Shown: piece after piece, positions 58,761-64,000 of the stretch
How the letters are laid out: each line of letters begins with the position of its first letter
Numbering within the stretch: position 1 is the stretch's first letter
Source: an uncultured Solirubrobacterales bacterium
Lineage (GTDB): Bacteria > Actinomycetota > Thermoleophilia > Solirubrobacterales > 70-9
Reading direction: 5' to 3'
DNA length: 64,000 nucleotides
Assembly: GCA_963727465.1 (NCBI GenBank)
Contig: CAVSGL010000005.1
Coordinates: forward strand, 90,165 to 154,164
Made by a program: the position numbers and the translations under genes
The notes under the pieces: generated by a model
Seen by the model: the letters and a program-made list of their open reading frames with translations, nothing else
Told to the model about the DNA's origin: nothing
Databases searched by the model: none

Positions 58761-60851
58761 ATGGCGCCCGACGAGGCAGGGGAACACAGCTCTCAGACGA
58801 AGCTCTTCGTCAGCGACCAGCCGCTGAGCCGTCCCGAGGCGTTCAACTTTGCCCCGATTATCAGCACCCTGCGCGACTTCATCGCGTCCGCGCCACCCGA
58901 AACCCCGCTTAACATCTGCCTCAGCGGAGGGTGGGGAACGGGCAAGACGACCCTGCTGCGAGGCCTCGAGGGGGCCTTCGAAGAAGCGAGCGACAGCACT
59001 GAGGAGACGGGCGGACAGCCTGAGTTCGTAACCCTCTGGTTCGACCCTTGGAAGCTCGCCGGCGAGGCCGAGGTATGCAACGCACTGGCGCTGCTGGTAC
59101 TCGAACAGATCGAACGGGATGCCAGCTTCGCCTCCCGTGCCGAGATCGGCATCGACCGCAAGAACGTACTGCGCATGCTCGCCGACCGGCTGATCAAGGT
59201 CAGCCCGGACGACGTGAGCACTCTTTACCAAACCGAGGCCAAGACCCGCGGCACCTTTCTCGAAATCGAGGACATCTTCCGCCGAGTCGCCGACGTGTAT
59301 CTGAAAGACCCAGATCACCCGCGACGTCTTGTGGTTTTCGTCGACGACCTCGACCGCTGCCGACCGGCCCGCGTGGCCGAGGTCCTCGAGGCGGTCAAGC
59401 TCTTCTTCGACCTCCCGGGCCTGATCTTCGTCTTCGCCCTCGACAGCGCGCAGCTCGAGCGGGCGGTGATGGCCGATTACGGCTTCGACCAAACCGAAGC
59501 CCGCATTTATCTCGAGAAGATATTTCAGCTCACGGTACCTCTGCCGCGCAAGGGGATTACGGAGCTCCTCAATTTCCTCGACACCAACCTGATGAACATC
59601 GGAGTCAAGGCGATCAGCGAGGACATCTCGGTCGCGATCGTCAATCGGTTCGGACGCAACCTTCGCAACCTGAAGCTGTTCGTCAACTCCTTCAGCTTCC
59701 AGCGGAGGCTGCTCGGAGATCTCGGAGGGCTCAACGAGGAGGCATTGTTCAAGTTCCTGTACCTGGAAACCACGATGAGCCGCGCGATGTCCGTGGCCCT
59801 GCGACGCGGCTCGCCGAACATCGTCCTCGCCCTCGAGTTCCTCGCTCACGGCGGCTTCCTGCACGATGAGGCGATACGCCAGCGCTACGCCAGCGAGCTG
59901 AGCACCAGTACCCTCAACCACGCCGCACTGATCATCCTCGCGATAGCCGCAGGGGACGAGGAGGCCGAGCTGGAGGTCCCGGAGCTGACCTCGGCGCAGC
60001 GGGAGATCATCGAGGCCCTGCGGGCGGACGGCAGCGTCGCACCGACCCTGAAGGTGATCCGCGAGGGTGACTCGCTGCTGATCGACAGCGATCTCTCCGG
60101 GATGGTCTTCCTCAACAACCACGGAAACGACGGCGAGCACGTCGAACAGGAACTTCCATCGCCGCGGTCGGAGGAGAAGGAAGGTGGGATCCTGGTTGCC
60201 GGCAATCCACTTCAGGCAAAGGACTGGGATTCGGCCAGCTCGCGACTCCAGGATGTGGGCCATCTGCTCAACGCCCACCTTTGCAGCCTGATGGCGGTCC
60301 TGATGGATCCGGGTAACGTCACCTACCTCGGTCGGCTGGGGCGTGTTTTCCGCCTGCTCCGGCGCCTCAACGCCGCAAGGCTGCTCTTCTCACAGGCGTA
60401 CGCGATCAAGCCCGATTCGCAGTACGTTCTCGTTGAGACCGCCTATTTGCACGACATCGATCTCGTCGACGAGGAGTTGGGATCGATCCTCTATAAGAAA
60501 GCGATCGCCAGCGGCAGTACGACGGCTGGCCCGCGGGGAAACCTCGCCGTCAACCTCCACGCAGAAAAGCGGTATCAGGAGGCGTACCTGGCGGCGCTCG
60601 ACGCCTGCGTTCAGGAACCCGACTCCGAACGGCGGCTGGATCGCCTCGTGTCATATGCGGCCGATGCCGGAAAGCCAGACTGCAGTGGGCGCACTCCCGA
60701 CGAACTGCGAGCCGAGCGGGAGGCGGCCGAACAAGAAGGCATCTATCCCCTTCCGCTCGACGAGGATGAGGAGCAGAGGGTGGTCGAGTGCCTCTCGGTC
60801 GTACCCGACCTCGAGGCCGCGCACCAGGAGCTCTCGAGGCCTCCCATCTAG
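58761..60851 (+). CDS. KAP-family P-loop NTPase with C-terminal helical-repeat (TPR-like) region
   Basis: LSGGWGTGKTT Walker A; LWFDPWK; VVFVDDLDRCRP Walker B; IFVFALD; YLEKIFQLTVPLP. These are the characteristic KAP blocks. Confidence 0.8.
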   Translation: MAPDEAGEHSSQTKLFVSDQPLSRPEAFNFAPIISTLRDFIASAPPETPLNICLSGGWGTGKTTLLRGLEGAFEEASDSTEETGGQPEFVTLWFDPWKLAGEAEVCNALALLVLEQIERDASFASRAEIGIDRKNVLRMLADRLIKVSPDDVSTLYQTEAKTRGTFLEIEDIFRRVADVYLKDPDHPRRLVVFVDDLDRCRPARVAEVLEAVKLFFDLPGLIFVFALDSAQLERAVMADYGFDQTEARIYLEKIFQLTVPLPRKGITELLNFLDTNLMNIGVKAISEDISVAIVNRFGRNLRNLKLFVNSFSFQRRLLGDLGGLNEEALFKFLYLETTMSRAMSVALRRGSPNIVLALEFLAHGGFLHDEAIRQRYASELSTSTLNHAALIILAIAAGDEEAELEVPELTSAQREIIEALRADGSVAPTLKVIREGDSLLIDSDLSGMVFLNNHGNDGEHVEQELPSPRSEEKEGGILVAGNPLQAKDWDSASSRLQDVGHLLNAHLCSLMAVLMDPGNVTYLGRLGRVFRLLRRLNAARLLFSQAYAIKPDSQYVLVETAYLHDIDLVDEELGSILYKKAIASGSTTAGPRGNLAVNLHAEKRYQEAYLAALDACVQEPDSERRLDRLVSYAADAGKPDCSGRTPDELRAEREAAEQEGIYPLPLDEDEEQRVVECLSVVPDLEAAHQELSRPPI

Positions 60852-60926
60852 CGTCCCGAGTCAGCGTTCAACGTGCGGCATGGGCGGGAGTGGATCAACC
60901 GTCCAGGCGGGCGTTACGCTTGAGCC

Positions 60927-61922
60927 ATGCGCGAGGGCTGGTCGGCGATTTTCGTCTGCGGAGTGACCGTGCTCCTGCTTGCCGCTGCGCCCGCGCACGG
61001 CGCCTTTCCCGGGCGGCCGGGGCCGATCGCCTATTCGAAAGTCTCGGCCGGGGAAGCCGCGGAAGGCGTCGAAGAGGGGGGCGGCATCTTCAGTCATGGA
61101 CCGCGCAGGTCGGATACGCCCCGGCAGCTCACCGACAGCACCGAAGACAGCAGCCCCGCCTACTCGCCCAACGGGCGACTGGTCGTCTTCACGGGCAACC
61201 GTAACCCCGGCCTCGGCGCACGCGGCAGATACATCTACGTGATGAACAGGGACGGGAGCGACATCAGGCAGCTGACCAGCGGCGAATTCGCCGATTTCAA
61301 CCCCTCGTTCGCGCCGGATGGGCGCCACGTGATCTTCGACCGCAGCGAGCTCGCCCTGGGGCAGCGCAGCCACATCTTCAGCGTCGCGATCGACGGCAGC
61401 GGCCTGCGCCAGGTCTCCAGCGGCGCCGCCAGCGACCAAGACCCGGTCTACACCCCGAACGGCAGGCGAATCGTCTTCGTCAGCGATCGCCGCAGGAGCG
61501 GCCGCCGCGATCACAGCAACATCTTCTCGATGCGGCCCGACGGCAGCCGGGTACGGCTGCTGATCGGCGGCCCGCGCAGCGAGTTCGATCCCGACGTCTC
61601 GCCGAACGGGCGCAAGATCGTCTTCGTCAGCAGCCGCAATCACGGGCCGAACCTGTTCGTCGCGCGGGCAAACGGGCGGCGGGTGCACGCGCTGACCCGC
61701 AGCCGCGGTGACTGCTTTCGCGGCACCTGCTACTCGAATCCAACCTGGTCTCCCGACGGGAAGCACATCGCCTTCCTCGGCAGCGGCCGCTACAAGACGG
61801 TGCTCGAAGTGATGCGCGCCGACGGCCGCGGCTTCGCCAGGGATTTCGACAGCGGCGGCACCGAAGAAGAAGGCTTCGGCACCACTCTCGGTCCACCGTC
61901 ATGGGGCCCGCAGCCGCGATGA
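60927..61922 (+). CDS. secreted PD40/TolB-like beta-propeller protein
   Basis: Signal peptide. Repeated SPNGR.VVF / APDGRHVIF / TPNGRRIVFVS / SPNGRKIVFVS / SPDGKHIAF blades. Confidence 0.75.
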   Translation: MREGWSAIFVCGVTVLLLAAAPAHGAFPGRPGPIAYSKVSAGEAAEGVEEGGGIFSHGPRRSDTPRQLTDSTEDSSPAYSPNGRLVVFTGNRNPGLGARGRYIYVMNRDGSDIRQLTSGEFADFNPSFAPDGRHVIFDRSELALGQRSHIFSVAIDGSGLRQVSSGAASDQDPVYTPNGRRIVFVSDRRRSGRRDHSNIFSMRPDGSRVRLLIGGPRSEFDPDVSPNGRKIVFVSSRNHGPNLFVARANGRRVHALTRSRGDCFRGTCYSNPTWSPDGKHIAFLGSGRYKTVLEVMRADGRGFARDFDSGGTEEEGFGTTLGPPSWGPQPR

Positions 61923-63256
61923 GGCGAAGGCTGGTCTCGCTTGGGGCGGCGCTGGCTGCGACCGTCGCCCTCTCGCTCGCCGCTGCGGCGCTGGCTGCGC
62001 CGGGAACGACGCTGCTCGTCTCCGGCCCCAACGTGAAGGAGGGCAACTTCGCGATCGACGACCAGGTGCCGGCGATCTCCGCGGACGGTCGCTACGTCGC
62101 CTTCGTGCGCAACTTCTACGACTCGAGCTCGGCCGTCTACCTGCGCGACATGCGCGGCGGCACGCTGCCCGTCAACGTGCCGGGCGAAAAGGGCCAGGAA
62201 GGGTCCGGCTCGGCGGACGCCGGCACCCCGTCGATCTCCGGCAACGGGCGCTACGTCGCCTTCGCCTCCGAGGACCCGGACATCAGCGACGAAGACGAGG
62301 ACAGCACGACCACCCCGGCCGGCGACACGTTCGGCGTCCGCGACGCCTTCGTCTTCGACCGCGTGCGCGGCGCGGTGGCCCTGGCCTCCCGCGCCAGCGG
62401 CCGGCGCGGGGCGGCCGGCAACGAGGACTCCAGCCTGCCGTCGATCTCGCTCGACGGCCGCTACGTCGCCTTCCAGACCAACGCGACGAACCTGCGGCGC
62501 CACTCCTACGGCGGCGTCTTCGTGCGCGACCTGCGCCGCCAAACGACCACGGCGGCGGCCTGGCTGCCGCTGCGCCGCCACGGCCCGTTCGAGGACGGCT
62601 TCTCGCCGTCGATCTCCGCCCACGGCCGCTGGGTCGCCTTCCTCACCGTCGCCCCCCATCGCGGGCGCCACCGCGCCCTCCAGGTCGCCGTCCGCGACAT
62701 GAAGCGCAGGCGCAGCTTCTACGCCTCGCGCGCGAGCGGCCGTCGCGGCCGCCTCGCGAACTCCGAGACGGGACCACCGTCGATCTCGGCCAGCGGGCGC
62801 TACGTCGCCTTCGCCAGCAAGGCCACCAACCTCAGCCGCACCGACAGGCACGGCGTCGAAGACGTCTTCGTGCGCGATCTGAAGACGAACCGCACGCGCC
62901 TCGCCTCGCGGGCGCGCGGCAGGCGCGGCGCCGCCGGCAACGGCGACTCCTCGAACCCCTCGATCTCGGCCAACGGGCGCTACGTCGCCTTCGAGTCCTA
63001 CGCGAGCAATCTCGGCCCGAGCGACAACGCAGCCGTGCCCGACGTCTTCGTCCGCGACATGCGCAGCGGTCGCGTCTTCCTCGCCTCGCGCGGCTCCGCC
63101 GGCGGCCCGCCCGCCAACGCCCCCTCGGCCAACCCCTCGATCTCAGCCGGCGGCCGCTTCGTCGCCTTCGACTCCCGCGGCAACAACCTCGTGCCGGCCG
63201 ACACCACTGCACGCGACCAGCGTCTTCCGCTACCAGCTGCTGCCCTGAAGGTCTAG
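61901..63256 (+). CDS. secreted beta-propeller repeat protein (PD40-like, 7 or more repeats)
   Basis: Signal peptide. Repeats of PSIS.(N/D)GRYVAF.S.A.NL....(D)VFVRD. Overlaps the upstream paralog by 22 nt. Confidence 0.75.
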   Translation: MGPAAAMRRRLVSLGAALAATVALSLAAAALAAPGTTLLVSGPNVKEGNFAIDDQVPAISADGRYVAFVRNFYDSSSAVYLRDMRGGTLPVNVPGEKGQEGSGSADAGTPSISGNGRYVAFASEDPDISDEDEDSTTTPAGDTFGVRDAFVFDRVRGAVALASRASGRRGAAGNEDSSLPSISLDGRYVAFQTNATNLRRHSYGGVFVRDLRRQTTTAAAWLPLRRHGPFEDGFSPSISAHGRWVAFLTVAPHRGRHRALQVAVRDMKRRRSFYASRASGRRGRLANSETGPPSISASGRYVAFASKATNLSRTDRHGVEDVFVRDLKTNRTRLASRARGRRGAAGNGDSSNPSISANGRYVAFESYASNLGPSDNAAVPDVFVRDMRSGRVFLASRGSAGGPPANAPSANPSISAGGRFVAFDSRGNNLVPADTTARDQRLPLPAAALKV

Positions 63257-63960
63257 GCCGGCACCTCACGCGAATCCAGGTGGGCGGCGACCTTGCGCTT
63301 GACGCGCTGTAGGGCGTTGTCGACGGTCTTCGTGTCGCACTCGAGCCGCTCGGCGGTCGCCTCGTAGGAGTGGCCGTCGAGGTAGAGGGAGAGCACGCTG
63401 CTCTCGAGGTCGGAGAGCACACCCGAGGTCCCGGAGAGGCAGGAGACGAGACTCGCCAGCTCCTCGGTGGCGATCACCTGGTTGACCGGGTCGGTGACGC
63501 TCGGCCCCGGCAGGATCTCGTCGAGGGTGGTTTCCGAGTCGCCGGCCGCCGCCGGGGTCTGGCTGAAGGAGACGTACTGGTTGAGCGGGGTGTGCTTGTT
63601 GCGCGTCGCCGTCTTCACCGCGGTGATGATCTGGCGGGTGATGCAGAGCTCGGCGAAGCTGCGGAAGCTCGACTCGCGATCGCTGCGGTAGTCGCGGATC
63701 GCCTTGTAGAGGCCGAGCAGGCCTTCCTGGATCAGGTCGTCGCTCTCACCGCCGAGCAGGAAGTAGGACGAGGCCTTGAGCCGGACGAAGCCGCGGTAGC
63801 GGCGCACGATCGAGTCATAGGCATCGGTCCGTCCCTCCTTGGCGAGAGCGACCAGATAATGATCATCAAGCTCAGGTTGAGGGTTAGTACTGGGTCGGGC
63901 GGAGCCGTTGAGCTGACCGCTGGGGAGCCGCAATTCCTGCGTGGGCGACGATAGAGCCAC
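63253..63960 (-). CDS. sigH: sigma-H-like RNA polymerase sigma factor
   Basis: YRGFVRLKASSYFLLGGESDDLIQEGLLGLYKAIRDY...FAELCITRQIITAVKTATRNKHTPLNQYVS...LYLDGHSYE...DNALQRVKRK is near-colinear with Bacillus SigH blocks. GTG 63960 follows AAGGAG. Confidence 0.85.
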   Translation of the reverse strand: MALSSPTQELRLPSGQLNGSARPSTNPQPELDDHYLVALAKEGRTDAYDSIVRRYRGFVRLKASSYFLLGGESDDLIQEGLLGLYKAIRDYRSDRESSFRSFAELCITRQIITAVKTATRNKHTPLNQYVSFSQTPAAAGDSETTLDEILPGPSVTDPVNQVIATEELASLVSCLSGTSGVLSDLESSVLSLYLDGHSYEATAERLECDTKTVDNALQRVKRKVAAHLDSREVPA

Positions 63961-64000
63961 TGATCCTTCTCCTTTTCGAGACGAAGGGTCGTGGCGCCCG

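Noticed and set aside
57563-60926. Classical tRNA-targeted integrative island.
   Set aside because: The AT-richer cassette lies beyond the 5' end of the tRNA, not the 3' end. No integrase is present and I found no direct repeat of the tRNA 3' segment, so the mechanism of acquisition is unknown.

Overview
Very GC-rich, gene-dense chromosomal window. Gene content (lysA-hom-thrC-thrB, MarP-like protease, LAL regulator, F420/LLM enzyme, many acyl-CoA genes) points to a high-GC Gram-positive/Actinobacteria-type genome; any finer taxon would be a guess. About 60 CDS and one canonical tRNA (Thr-TGT); no rRNA, CRISPR, transposase or integrase seen. Core content: AddAB and XseAB nucleases, PBP, GltB, the threonine/lysine operon, two beta-oxidation clusters, an ECF sigma with putative anti-sigma, a PlsC-GpsA fusion ORF, three PD40/TolB-like paralogs and a SigH-like sigma. 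Best candidates for undescribed biology: (i) an AT-richer GNAT-like + KAP P-loop NTPase pair beside tRNA-Thr (57.6-60.9 kb); (ii) a translationally coupled Vps62/NPP1-like + membrane-anchored patatin pair (38.4-41.4 kb); (iii) a disrupted Arch_ATPase/DUF234-type ATPase between thrC and thrB; (iv) a HicA-like mini-island (10.4-11.2 kb); (v) a tRNA-like structured element (1.1-1.3 kb). Non-coding signals: a REP-like palindrome family (3 copies), a 20-bp perfect inverted repeat, a 17-nt operator-like motif shared by two beta-oxidation promoters, and iteron-like repeats. Caveat: at least 11 conserved genes need single-base frame changes, so indel sequencing errors are likely. Most long antisense ORFs in the track are GC artefacts. 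All homology calls come from motif recognition by eye; no searches were run.
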